From the NCBI GenBank assembly GCA_965216565.1, contig OZ244170.1, positions 4,512,001-4,576,000 on the forward strand: a stretch of DNA of 64,000 bases, given 5' to 3'. Each line of letters begins with the position of its first letter. Position 1 is the stretch's first letter. Origin of the DNA: Bythopirellula sp. (GTDB lineage: Bacteria; Planctomycetota; Planctomycetia; Pirellulales; Lacipirellulaceae). The position numbers were made by a program, and so were the translations under genes. Of the stretch, positions 21,337-30,975 are shown one piece after another. The notes beneath the pieces were generated by a model. That model worked only from the letters and a program-made list of their open reading frames with translations, had not been told where the DNA came from and did no database searches.

Positions 21337-24300
21337 TACTTGCGACCTGCCGCTTTGCTTAGCTCGGCCGCTTTTGGTCCATCATCGACTTCTTCCGCGG
21401 AGGGGGCGCCTGCGTCGATGAGTAGGTAGCCACCCCAAAAGATCGGATGCGCAGCCGTCAATGCGGGGTCGTTCTTGCCCGCTTTCACGCGAGGCTCGTC
21501 TATTGGTTCAATCGGTAGTTCCATGGCCAGTTGGACGGTCCGCTGCCAAGCATCGGCGGCTGTTGTGTGCGGCAACTCCTGTACAAACTCGCGGGTGATT
21601 TCCATGGTCGATTTCCCACCAACACGCCAACGGCTTAATAAGATTGTCTGAGCACCGCTCGACATCAAACCGCAACTTGCCAGAAAGAGTTCAGTGCCTG
21701 GGGCTACCGACGATTTCCGTCTTGAGTTCTTGCCTCCATTCTCTGCGGCTGTTCTCATCGCGGGATAGATCATTCGTTGGGGGCCTTGGCGAGGTAATCC
21801 TAGCCATGCGTCAATGGAACTTCCTGCTGAAGCTCGATTCGTTGGTAATGGCTCCCAGGCTAGCGGCTGCGCCCCTGTTAGTTCCTGTTCCTCAAGCACA
21901 ATCATTGTGTCTAGCATCGAACCGAAAACGTGTGCGGATACTGGTAGAGGATTGGGCAAATCCACGGGTTGATCGAGGGACGAAATCAGTGGCTGGAGGT
22001 TTTCCAGTCGATCGTCCTCTTTGTCGCCGGGGACAATCCCGTTGCCGACAATCGCCGAGTGTTGAATCCGTCGCCAAGGTACAGTTTTGCCCACGGCAAG
22101 CCCCATGGTTGGAGCGACTCGCAGTTTCGATAAAGAAACAAGGGGCACCGTCTCGTTGTCTCCTTCGATTGGCAGCGCACCGAAGGGCACGTACCATAAC
22201 AAACCATCGGGAACGACGATCAGCTCGTCCAACGCCCCAAGATCGAGCGAAGATTTGCCTAGCAGCATGGCATACAGATCTTTGCCACTTTCGAGCCAGT
22301 CTTCGTTAGCTAATTCTTCGGCAGTCAAATCGTGAGTAGCGTCGTAGTTGCCCATGTCTCGTAAGAACTTGGTTAATTGACGTCCCACGCGAGATGAGGG
22401 GCCACAATTCCAATTCGTCGATGCGGAACTTGTCACGAGAAATCCTAAGAGCCCCTCGGGAGAATCGTGAAATACAAGCAGTGCTTGCCCTGGTTTGAGC
22501 TGCGACTTCACAAAATCAACGTTCCGCTGTGGAGGAAAGTGAAATTCAGTTGCCACACGATCCAGTGCTAACGTGGTAAGCATCGCTTCACGCGCAGCGA
22601 GGGTCTTTGACCAGTTACGCCAAACACGCACTAAATCGCTTTGGGCATCGGCTTCCATACCCGGCACCCACTGGCCGCGGATCTGTTCTCGCAGGTCTTG
22701 TCCAGTTTGCTGAGCCTGCTGGTATCCCGGAAGTCGCAAGAGCAGCGTATTGCGGCGCGTGCGATCCTCCTCGCTCAATTCCAAAGGCGACGTTTCCAAC
22801 AAATCAGCAAGAGCCGCTTTTCTTCCGCCAAGCGGGAGCATGGCATGATAATGCCGTCGTTTGGCTCGGTCGGCGACCTCCAGAGCTCGCGTTGGATTCT
22901 TCTGGGCAAAGTGCGCGGCGATCCACCGATCGAAGCCCGCTCCATGGGGAGTCTTGAGCACAGCCATCGTCTTCATGGGGCGAAAAACCCAGTCTGATGG
23001 AGTTGGGTCGCTGAGCAACGAAGCGTACACATTGGTTGCAATTCGAGAGCGAATTTGCCTGGAATCAAACATTTGATTGGCCAATCCAATTTGGAAATTT
23101 CTGGTCGACATGATCGCCTCTCGTTCGAGAGAGCCAATCAATTGCTGTCTGCCTTTGTCATTTCCCGCAGCCAATAAAATGCGCGCCGAAAGATACTGGG
23201 CCTGATTCCCCAGACGTCCCCGCACAGCATCCTGCAAGCGAGACTGAGCCGTTTTTACAGCACCTGCTGCTGCATCCCAATTCTCCAGGCGAATCAACTC
23301 TTCGGCATAAGCAAGATTCAAGCGAGAAAAGATATGATCAAATCGTTTGCGTCGAGCCCAAAGTGCGGCCGGCTCTAGTTTAGGATTGGGCGACTGGATT
23401 CCTGCCGCCAGTCGATTGGTGGTCATCAATCGAAACGCTTCGTCGATAATACCGGGATCTTCATAGTAGAACCCAGAGTAACTGGCTTCGCTCAGCAAGC
23501 GATCGGCCTCGGCGCTTCTGCCTCCCTCCATTGCCAGACGGCCCTGCTCGAGCAGTGCAACACTTGTGAGAGGATGATCGTATTGCCCAGCAATGCGTTC
23601 AGCTCTCGCCAACCGTGGCAGAGCGAGCTTGATTTTGCCTTGACCGACGTAAGCAAGGCCCAGCTGTAGATCGACCCAAGCGCTAGACCAATGGTTTGGC
23701 GGAGCCGCTCCGCGAGACAAGGCCGAAACCATCGCTTTGGTGGTGGCGTCATCGGGAGCTAAGGGCCCAAGTAATTCGTTGCGGCGGCGAATCGCCAGTG
23801 CGGTGCAGCGCACCACCTCCATGACGTTCAACTGCCAGAATTGAGCTTGCTGAACTCTCCCGCCAGCTTGGAGTGCCCTTTGTGCACTGCGGATATCTCC
23901 AACCAGATAACGCATCTGATTGCTGAACTTGCCCAGGGTAAATTGACGATTGCTGCGTCCCCAGGGTATTGCCTTGCGTATTTGGTTTGTGTCGGGTCGG
24001 GGAGGCTCAAAGGTGATCTGCAACATCCAGTTGGGATACTGCAGGTACATGGCGCAGGCGAGGTTGTATTGCTCCAGTGCTTCCGCAGGTTGGCCGTAGT
24101 GGTAGAACGTTTCGCCCAGCATGGCGTGATAACAAATGGCGTCGATCCAGCGCTGGGTGACACCAATCTTTACAGAACCCTTGACCTCGTAAAGAAAGTC
24201 TCGCTGAGCATCGCGATAATCGCCCCGATAGAGTTCTTCAATGGCATTGAAGTAAGTTTGGGTTGGTATGGTGTTGACAAAGGCCTGGCCGCCGCCGACT

Positions 24301-24404
24301 TGTCCCTGGGTGGATACCGGGATCGACATGCCGATTGCGACAACGAGCGTCGCAACGAACTGCAGAATCAGTTTTCGGGATATGTGCCCTGGAGATGCTA
24401 GCAC
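21336..24404 (-). CDS. Exported TPR/helical plus CHAT-domain protein
   Basis: N-terminal signal or TM segment and a helical region. CHAT hallmarks LIVVPDG.LWYVPF..L, LLSRWRVGG..T, F.QE and HP.FWGGY. Its stop overlaps the next start (TAATG). Confidence 0.8.
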   Translation of the reverse strand: MLASPGHISRKLILQFVATLVVAIGMSIPVSTQGQVGGGQAFVNTIPTQTYFNAIEELYRGDYRDAQRDFLYEVKGSVKIGVTQRWIDAICYHAMLGETFYHYGQPAEALEQYNLACAMYLQYPNWMLQITFEPPRPDTNQIRKAIPWGRSNRQFTLGKFSNQMRYLVGDIRSAQRALQAGGRVQQAQFWQLNVMEVVRCTALAIRRRNELLGPLAPDDATTKAMVSALSRGAAPPNHWSSAWVDLQLGLAYVGQGKIKLALPRLARAERIAGQYDHPLTSVALLEQGRLAMEGGRSAEADRLLSEASYSGFYYEDPGIIDEAFRLMTTNRLAAGIQSPNPKLEPAALWARRKRFDHIFSRLNLAYAEELIRLENWDAAAGAVKTAQSRLQDAVRGRLGNQAQYLSARILLAAGNDKGRQQLIGSLEREAIMSTRNFQIGLANQMFDSRQIRSRIATNVYASLLSDPTPSDWVFRPMKTMAVLKTPHGAGFDRWIAAHFAQKNPTRALEVADRAKRRHYHAMLPLGGRKAALADLLETSPLELSEEDRTRRNTLLLRLPGYQQAQQTGQDLREQIRGQWVPGMEADAQSDLVRVWRNWSKTLAAREAMLTTLALDRVATEFHFPPQRNVDFVKSQLKPGQALLVFHDSPEGLLGFLVTSSASTNWNCGPSSRVGRQLTKFLRDMGNYDATHDLTAEELANEDWLESGKDLYAMLLGKSSLDLGALDELIVVPDGLLWYVPFGALPIEGDNETVPLVSLSKLRVAPTMGLAVGKTVPWRRIQHSAIVGNGIVPGDKEDDRLENLQPLISSLDQPVDLPNPLPVSAHVFGSMLDTMIVLEEQELTGAQPLAWEPLPTNRASAGSSIDAWLGLPRQGPQRMIYPAMRTAAENGGKNSRRKSSVAPGTELFLASCGLMSSGAQTILLSRWRVGGKSTMEITREFVQELPHTTAADAWQRTVQLAMELPIEPIDEPRVKAGKNDPALTAAHPIFWGGYLLIDAGAPSAEEVDDGPKAAELSKAAGRK

Positions 24405-24690
24405 CGAAGGGCCCCCTCTCTATTTATCAATCTATCGACACCAACTGAGCAATCGTGCCGTGCCACTGTTTCCATCTGGTTATTCTATCACTGATTCGCC
24501 CGGAATACGATTTCAAAGGGTTTTCTTCGAGAAATGGAATCTCAATCGCTGATGCGGAAAGCGGACACTTCATTCGATCCGCCAGTATTGATAGCAATCA
24601 ATCCCGCGTTTTTTTCATGAGATGTGAAAGTTTGCCGGTTCGGTAGACGATAACGATTGTGCTCGCCCAAATATCTCAGAACAGCGAGTC

Positions 24691-24990
24691 ATGAAATATC
24701 CTCCGTCGGGAGTCAAGGCAGTGAGTACTAGTAAAGTCAACGGTCAGATGCCAGTTTGCCCAACTCGTCGTGCAGGACGTTTTACCCAGGCCTTGGGTGG
24801 ATCTTTACTGCTTCTGTTGTCAGCCACAACGGGTTGTCAAATGGACATCGCTGGCCAAACTCTACCCAGCGGCTACTACCTTACGGACGACGTGCAGTAC
24901 TACGCACCGGGACCTGAGTTTAAGTTGGCCCGAGAAGCAGCCGCCTTGGAAGAGAAGAAGGCAGCCCAGATCAGTCAACCACAACGGTAG
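24691..24990 (+). CDS. Small planctomycete-type lipoprotein
   Basis: Hydrophobic stretch with ATTGC lipobox, then GQTLPSGYYLTDDVQYYAPGPEFKL, a motif I recall from conserved planctomycete proteins. The start is uncertain. Confidence 0.7.
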   Translation: MKYPPSGVKAVSTSKVNGQMPVCPTRRAGRFTQALGGSLLLLLSATTGCQMDIAGQTLPSGYYLTDDVQYYAPGPEFKLAREAAALEEKKAAQISQPQR

Positions 24991-25125
24991 TACCAAAAAG
25001 GTAATACCCAAGGGCAGCGGAGCTACTGCCTCAACTTTGCTGCACCAGCCATCGTACAATTTATGCCGCTCGTCGCCCGTCAAGGTTGCGACGAGGAGAG
25101 GGGGGACGGCACCCCATGTGGCAGG

Positions 25126-25190
25126 CGTCTGAGATGCGTCACGCATCGCGTCGCGTTTCTCAGACGTCGCTGCCCGGGGTTACTCGGGCA
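25126..25190. repeat. REP-like branched palindrome between convergent genes
   Basis: CGTCTGAGA (25126) pairs with TCTCAGACG (ending 25166) around the inner hairpin GATGCGT-C-ACGCATC. The hairpin TGCCCGG-GGTTAC-TCGGGCA (25171-25190) follows. Confidence 0.5.
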
Positions 25191-25204
25191 TCTCTTTCGG
25201 CCAT

Positions 25205-26356
25205 CTAGTTCTCAATGCTATGGCCTTGTCTGGCTTTCGACTGCAGGGCAGAACTCTGGCCCTTCAGCGCCTGCGTGAGCCGTACACCTTGGGCACGCCA
25301 TGCAGACCAAGGGTAATAGGTGAGTCGGTAGCTCGTCTCCAGCGAAGTTCGCACACGCTGTTTGTATCGTGATTCGCCGATGCCCATTTCGATAAGGCGA
25401 TCGCCCCGCTGAAAACTATCCTGAAGCGATTCATTCAACAGATTGCTGCCGGCCGAGAGATGGGCAAGGTTGTTATCGTAGCCCATGCGTAAACCAAAGA
25501 TCGTTCCGTCGTACAGATAATTGTATTGGAAAGCGATCGGCGTTCCGTCGAGTCTAAGCAGTGTCATATCGACCATGCCCAGCCGCGCGGCAGTAGCATG
25601 GCAATCTCTGAGAAAGGGTTGCACGTGTTCGTGGCAAAGAGTGTTGCCAGTACGAGAAGTGGCTTGCCAGCTTTGTTTCGAGACAGCGAGACACGATTCG
25701 TAGAAATCCCAGTTAGGATCGCCCTCCCCTTCCGCGGCACTCAGAGGTCGATAGCGCTCGAAGGTGACCTCTCCTTGATTGGCGAGGGCTCTTTTTTGCC
25801 GCCGTGTTTCGTGGCGCCATTTTTTGGAACGCTTCGCGAAATAGCTTTCCCAGTCCTGGCCTTCGAGTTCGATATTTGAGGTTTGCTGATACTCTCGTTC
25901 CTGCACGCCCCACCCGACCGACTTTAGAGATCTGGAGAGTCCGTTTCGCACGCGTTGTTCGTTGGGGGTCCAGCGTAGATCGAGTAGATCCCAATCCCTG
26001 CGTGTATCACGCAGATGCCTGGCAGCCATGAACATGGTCGCCGATTGGTTGGGGCCAATCGGACCATACCACAAGCCCCAGTCGCTGAGGGGATAGGTAA
26101 GCACACGGACTTTGCCAACGTGATATCGTTCTTTTTGAACGCAGAGAGGAACTATGCCAATAGGCCTGCCTTCGGCTTGGACGATTAGCACTCGCATCTT
26201 TCGAGATGCGCCGTAGTGTTTCCAATAGGTCTCGAACCAATCGAACGTGTGGAAGAACGAAGTCTTTGGAGTTTGGGGCAGCAGACTCTTCCACGCCAGT
26301 CGGTATGACTGGAGCTGCTCCATGTTATTGACTTCAATTACACTTGCCATTGTCAC
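25205..26356 (-). CDS. GNAT family N-acetyltransferase (Acetyltransf_6 / CelD-BcsL-like)
   Basis: FF.TFDW...YW, IGIVPL, WESYF..RSKK.R, L.LDG.PIAF.Y and GYD......SAG..L. Confidence 0.85.
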   Translation of the reverse strand: MTMASVIEVNNMEQLQSYRLAWKSLLPQTPKTSFFHTFDWFETYWKHYGASRKMRVLIVQAEGRPIGIVPLCVQKERYHVGKVRVLTYPLSDWGLWYGPIGPNQSATMFMAARHLRDTRRDWDLLDLRWTPNEQRVRNGLSRSLKSVGWGVQEREYQQTSNIELEGQDWESYFAKRSKKWRHETRRQKRALANQGEVTFERYRPLSAAEGEGDPNWDFYESCLAVSKQSWQATSRTGNTLCHEHVQPFLRDCHATAARLGMVDMTLLRLDGTPIAFQYNYLYDGTIFGLRMGYDNNLAHLSAGSNLLNESLQDSFQRGDRLIEMGIGESRYKQRVRTSLETSYRLTYYPWSAWRAQGVRLTQALKGQSSALQSKARQGHSIEN

Positions 26357-26429
26357 GTCCGTTAGAGACTTTTATTCGCTGAGGGCAGGTATTCGATGAG
26401 GGGCGGGCCCATACCGCGTACTATTGCGG

Positions 26430-26445
26430 AGCAAGCCGCATGCCG
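26430..26445 (-). promoter_or_regulatory. Candidate sigma54 (-24/-12) promoter of the GNAT gene
   Basis: The minus strand reads CGGCATGCGGCTTGCT, which is GG-N10-GC with TTGC, about 75 nt upstream of the GNAT start. Confidence 0.6.
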
Positions 26446-26588
26446 AGTTTTGCTAAACTGTTTCTGCTGCTACGATGGAGAGGTTGCAGCACAATTAAGC
26501 CGATTGTCGGTATGTTTCCTCACACGAATGCGTTGCCCAAAATCAACATGATGCGTTTCGGCAACGCCATCACGATTGAGCCCCACTC

Positions 26589-27743
26589 ATGGAACCGATG
26601 GACTGGTCAGAACGAATCACCGCAATTCATGCTAGTGCTATGCAGATAGTCCTTGCGATGACAGGGGGCGGAGCCACTGCGATTGGCCGTCTACTGGAGG
26701 TGCCGGGAGGATCGCGTACCGTGCTCGAAGCAGTGGTGCCCTACTCGCTGGCTTCTCTGCAACAATGGGTGGGCGCAGATGTCGAACAAGCCTGCAGCGA
26801 AGGGACTGCCCGCGACATGGCCATGGCCGCTTGGATGCGCTCGCGAGAATTGAAGCCCGAGGCAGATCCTGCCAAACTAGTTGGGGTCGGGGTCACGGCA
26901 AGCCTGGCAAGCGATCGTCCCAAACGAGGAGATCATCGTGTGCATGTGGCGATTCAGACGGCAAGCTCCACATCCTGCGACTCGCTCGTCTTGCAGAAAG
27001 ATTCGCGTGTCAGAGGGGCGGAAGAACAGCTGGTAGCAGACTTGGTGCTCTCGCTCTTGGGCCGGACGGTTGCGCACGAGTCGAGTCCAGGCTGGCTAGA
27101 AAGCTTGCCACTGCTGGAAGGTGAAGCGATTGAGTCGAAACACCAGAGAGCCGAGCCGATTTGGACAGAGTTATTGCTTGGCCAGCGGGAACACCTTGGC
27201 ATGACTGAGAAACCGGGCGGCGTGTTTGCCGGTTCGTTCGACCCTCCCCACGCTGGCCACGCTCGGATGATTGAGTTTGCCAGGGATCGTCTTGGCTCGG
27301 CGGTTTACTATGAACTCTCGATGACCAATGTCGACAAAGCCCCACTGGACTTCATCGAGATCGATCACCGAATGAGTGCAATTCGTGGCTTGGATAAGGA
27401 TGCCCAGATTTTGCTGACGAATGCTCCCACATTTCGCAAGAAAGCAGAATTGTTTGCCGGTTCTACCTTCCTAGTGGGAGCCGATACCATGGCCCGTATT
27501 GGAGATCCCAAATACTACGAACGATACAATTCTGAGGGGGTGAGCGGCCTTGAGGCAGCCATTAAGCAAATTGCAGACCACGGTTGTCGCTTCCTGGTGT
27601 TCGGAAGGGAAATCGAAGGTAAGTTCACTACCTTGAGAGATTTGAAGATTCCGGAGTCGTTACAAGAGATTTCCGATGCAGTCCAAGCCACGGATTTCCG
27701 AGAAGATATTTCCTCGACCGAGATTAGGCAACGTCAGACATGA
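26589..27743 (+). CDS. CinA/PncC-like N-terminal domain fused to a cytidylyltransferase-superfamily (NadD-like) nucleotidyltransferase
   Basis: N-terminal AMTGGG...VPGGSRTVLE..VPYS, CS..TA..MA and GVGVT. C-terminal GSFDPPHAGH, N.DK, F.VGADT and ISSTEIR. Confidence 0.8.
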   Translation: MEPMDWSERITAIHASAMQIVLAMTGGGATAIGRLLEVPGGSRTVLEAVVPYSLASLQQWVGADVEQACSEGTARDMAMAAWMRSRELKPEADPAKLVGVGVTASLASDRPKRGDHRVHVAIQTASSTSCDSLVLQKDSRVRGAEEQLVADLVLSLLGRTVAHESSPGWLESLPLLEGEAIESKHQRAEPIWTELLLGQREHLGMTEKPGGVFAGSFDPPHAGHARMIEFARDRLGSAVYYELSMTNVDKAPLDFIEIDHRMSAIRGLDKDAQILLTNAPTFRKKAELFAGSTFLVGADTMARIGDPKYYERYNSEGVSGLEAAIKQIADHGCRFLVFGREIEGKFTTLRDLKIPESLQEISDAVQATDFREDISSTEIRQRQT

Positions 27744-27826
27744 GCCCGCTTAATTGCACCGTTTAGCATTCGATCCTATACTGGTCCTTCTCTCACTTCG
27801 CTACTCTTCTGAAATAGAACCGACAC

Positions 27827-28858
27827 ATGCCCGATCCTTCCCAGTTCGTTCCATTGTCTGAGGCAAAGCAGCCGCTGTTTGTCGGTATTGACCTGGGTGG
27901 GACCAATATCAAGTTGGGGCTGACCGACGATTCTGGCCATACCTTGGCCTATCGCACGTTGCCAACCGAGGCGGACAAGGGCGCGGAGGAAGCGTGCCAA
28001 AGAATGGCGAGTGAAATCGACAAGCTTCTGGAAGATGCCGGTGCCACGAAGGATCAAGTCGCGCGAGTCGGCTTGGCCACGCCTGGTCCGATAGATATTG
28101 AAGAGGGCGTCCTGCTTACGCCGGGCAATCTGCCGAAGTGGTGGAATTTTCCACTTCGGGATTGCGTGTCGGATTTGTGTGGACTCCCCGTGCGCTACGC
28201 CAACGATGCCAATGCCGCTGCGTTCGGAGAGTTTTGGCGAGGCACCGGTAAAGAGGTCCATAGCATGGTGCTGTTTACGCTGGGCACCGGGGTTGGGGGT
28301 GGAATCGTCATCGGCGATGTGCTTGTGGAAGGAGTCCACAGTTGCGGCAGTGAATGCGGACATATTCTGATCGATCCCAGTCCAGACGCGCGTGTCGACT
28401 CGCTAGGGAACACCGGTTCCCTTGAGGCGTACTGTGGGTCTTACGGAGTGACTGGCCGCGCTCAAGACGCAATCGATGCGGGCCGAACAAGTAGCTTGGC
28501 AGAAGTTAGTAAGACTCGTGAACTCACTCCCCTCGATATTGCCGAGGCAGCCGAGGCAGGTGACGAATTGGCTTATGAAGTGGTGATGGATACGGCCTAC
28601 TATTTGGGGCTTGGCATCGTGACGCTGACTCATGTCGTCGATCCGAATAACATCGTTTTGGGGGGAGCCATGACCTTTGGCGGTTCAGGCCACCCGCTTG
28701 GAGAAGCGTTTCTGGAAAAAGTTGTCGAATCGGCTCGGCCCCGGATCCTGCCGCCTTTGCAAGAGAGCCTACGAATCGAATTCGCTCAACTTGGGGGCGA
28801 CGCTGGCTATATCGGATCGGCAGGATTGGCTCGTTTGGAGCATATTCGTAAAGGCTAG
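27827..28858 (+). CDS. ROK family glucokinase-like sugar kinase
   Basis: GIDLGGT, NDANAAA.GE, TLGTGVGGG, ECGH and LEAY. Confidence 0.92.
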   Translation: MPDPSQFVPLSEAKQPLFVGIDLGGTNIKLGLTDDSGHTLAYRTLPTEADKGAEEACQRMASEIDKLLEDAGATKDQVARVGLATPGPIDIEEGVLLTPGNLPKWWNFPLRDCVSDLCGLPVRYANDANAAAFGEFWRGTGKEVHSMVLFTLGTGVGGGIVIGDVLVEGVHSCGSECGHILIDPSPDARVDSLGNTGSLEAYCGSYGVTGRAQDAIDAGRTSSLAEVSKTRELTPLDIAEAAEAGDELAYEVVMDTAYYLGLGIVTLTHVVDPNNIVLGGAMTFGGSGHPLGEAFLEKVVESARPRILPPLQESLRIEFAQLGGDAGYIGSAGLARLEHIRKG

Positions 28859-28975
28859 TTCTAGCTAAACAGGGCCGCCCCCATCCCCCGCACTTGCCCT
28901 ACATCTTTGGCGATCTTTTCCGCTATAATGATTAGTTTGATTCGCGTGCTCCCCCCGCCCTTGTGATTTCCCTCC

Positions 28976-30841
28976 ATGTCCTCAGCTCCCACGCAACCGA
29001 AAGCTGGCAAGAAGAACTCTGCTGGTATCGCCCCGAAATATATCCGCAATTTCTCGATTGTGGCGCACATCGACCACGGCAAAAGCACGCTGGCCGACCG
29101 GTTGATGGAACGCACTGGTACCGTTACCGAACGCGAGATGAAGCAGCAGTTGTTGGACGATATGGACATCGAACGTCAACGCGGTATCACGATCAAGGCC
29201 CGCGCCGTCACCATGCTTTATGAGCACCAGGGAAACACCTATGAACTGAACTTGATCGATACGCCGGGCCATGTCGATTTTCAGTATGAAGTATCACGCT
29301 CTCTCGCCTGCTGCGAGGGTGCTGTCTTACTTGTCGATGCTTTTCAAGGAGTCGAAGCACAGACGGTCGCCAATGCATATTCTGCGATGGAGCACGATCT
29401 CACGATTGTGCCGGTTCTCAATAAGATCGATCTCAACCACGCTCGCCCTGATGAAGTAAAAGAAGAGATGGAGCACACCTTGGCGCTGGAGCCAGAAGAA
29501 GTGCTCGGCTGCAGCGCCAAGACGGGCGTCGGCTGCGAAGACGTGCTTGCTGCAATCATCGATCGCGTCCCGGCTCCGTCGGGAGACCCCAAGGCCACTT
29601 TGCAAGCGATGGTCTTCGATGCCCACTACGATGAATTTCGTGGTGCGATCACTTACATCCGTGTAATGAATGGACGCGTGAAAAAGGGACAGAAAATTAA
29701 GTTCCTACAGCAGGGGACCACGCACGAAGTAATCGAGCTAGGTCACTTCGTCCCCCAGCGTCAAGCGACGGAGTCGTTGCAAGCCGGACAGGTTGGTTAT
29801 CTGATTTGCAATATCAAGTCGCTAGGCCACGTCCACATTGGTGATACTGTGAGTATTGTCGGGGACGATCCTGCGGATGTGCTCTCTGGCTATCAAGAGC
29901 CAAAGCGGATGGTCTTCTGCGGACTTTATCCGTCTGATGGACAGGACTTTAAACAATTGCGTGACGCGTTGGGCAAGTTATCCATCAACGATCCCAGCTT
30001 CGATTTCCAACCAGAAACGAGCGACGCCCTGGGCTTCGGTTTCCGCTGTGGGTTCCTGGGGCTGTTGCACATGGAGATTGTTCAGCAGCGACTAGAGCAA
30101 GAGGCCGACATCGATCTGGTGCAAACGGCTCCTAACGTCACTTACGAGATTGTCACTAAGAACGGCGAAAACCTAGAGGTCCATACGCCTCAAGATGTTC
30201 CCGACGGAGGCGACATCGAAGAGTTCCGCCAACCGATCGTCCGCGTCAGCTTTGTTTTGCCCACGGAATACATCGGTGGAATCATGAAGTTGTGTGCTGA
30301 CCGTCGCGGCAAGTATGTTCGTACCGAGTATTTGTCACCGACACGGGCGATGCTGGTTTACGATCTGGCGTTAGCCGACGTAATCTACGATATGCACGAC
30401 AAGTTGAAGAGTACGACCCGGGGTTACGGCACGATGGACTACGAATTGCTAGGCTATGAGCCGAGTGATCTGGTGCGTCTAGATGTGCTGGTGAAAAACG
30501 AACGGATCGATGCGTTGTCGATCGTGTGCGATCGCCGCGATGCGGAAGTTCGCGGGCGGGCGGTCATCAAGAAGCTCAAAAAAGAAATTCCGCGTCACAT
30601 GTTCGAAGTCGCCCTGCAGGCGGCCATCGGCACTCGAGTAATCGCCCGCGAGACAATCAGCGCCATGCGAAAGAACGTCACCGCCAAGTGCTATGGTGGC
30701 GATATCAGCCGCAAGCGCAAACTGTGGGAGAAGCAGAAGGAAGGCAAAAAGCGTATGAAGTCGATCGGTTCGGTCGACATCCCGCAAAAAGCCTTCCTCG
30801 CTGTTCTGGAGACGGGGGAAGAAGAAGGTAAGAAAAAATAG
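28976..30841 (+). CDS. lepA: Translation elongation factor 4 (LepA)
   Basis: IRNFSIVAHIDHGKSTLADR, ERQRGITIK, GFRCGFLGLLHMEI and KCYGGDISRKRKL.EKQKEGKKRMK. Confidence 0.99.
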   Translation: MSSAPTQPKAGKKNSAGIAPKYIRNFSIVAHIDHGKSTLADRLMERTGTVTEREMKQQLLDDMDIERQRGITIKARAVTMLYEHQGNTYELNLIDTPGHVDFQYEVSRSLACCEGAVLLVDAFQGVEAQTVANAYSAMEHDLTIVPVLNKIDLNHARPDEVKEEMEHTLALEPEEVLGCSAKTGVGCEDVLAAIIDRVPAPSGDPKATLQAMVFDAHYDEFRGAITYIRVMNGRVKKGQKIKFLQQGTTHEVIELGHFVPQRQATESLQAGQVGYLICNIKSLGHVHIGDTVSIVGDDPADVLSGYQEPKRMVFCGLYPSDGQDFKQLRDALGKLSINDPSFDFQPETSDALGFGFRCGFLGLLHMEIVQQRLEQEADIDLVQTAPNVTYEIVTKNGENLEVHTPQDVPDGGDIEEFRQPIVRVSFVLPTEYIGGIMKLCADRRGKYVRTEYLSPTRAMLVYDLALADVIYDMHDKLKSTTRGYGTMDYELLGYEPSDLVRLDVLVKNERIDALSIVCDRRDAEVRGRAVIKKLKKEIPRHMFEVALQAAIGTRVIARETISAMRKNVTAKCYGGDISRKRKLWEKQKEGKKRMKSIGSVDIPQKAFLAVLETGEEEGKKK

Positions 30842-30945
30842 CCTGCAGGCCACGTGCAACACGAATGGTGGTTGGTCTTTTCAGTACTGTGAGATTTGCC
30901 GACAGAACCACCCTGCCTACCTCGGCCGGTTTTTGGGCGGAAATT

Positions 30946-30975
30946 CCCTCACCCCAACCCTCTCCCGTATCGGGA
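30946..30975 (+). repeat. CCCTCACCCC-type palindromic intergenic repeat, truncated
   Basis: CCCTCACCCCAACCCTCTCCC followed by GTATCGGGA, forming the hairpin TCCCG-TAT-CGGGA. The usual right arm GGGAGAGGG is cut after GGGA. Confidence 0.6.

Noticed and set aside
21336..24404. Craspase/gasdermin-type CHAT defence protease
   Set aside because: The catalytic dyad is not evident, an export signal is present, and there is no CRISPR or gasdermin neighbour.
27776..28363. 195-aa antisense ORF, and the many similar 60-220 aa ORFs nested in or opposite long genes
   Set aside because: They lie fully within motif-supported genes and have no recognisable motifs; expected codon-bias shadows.
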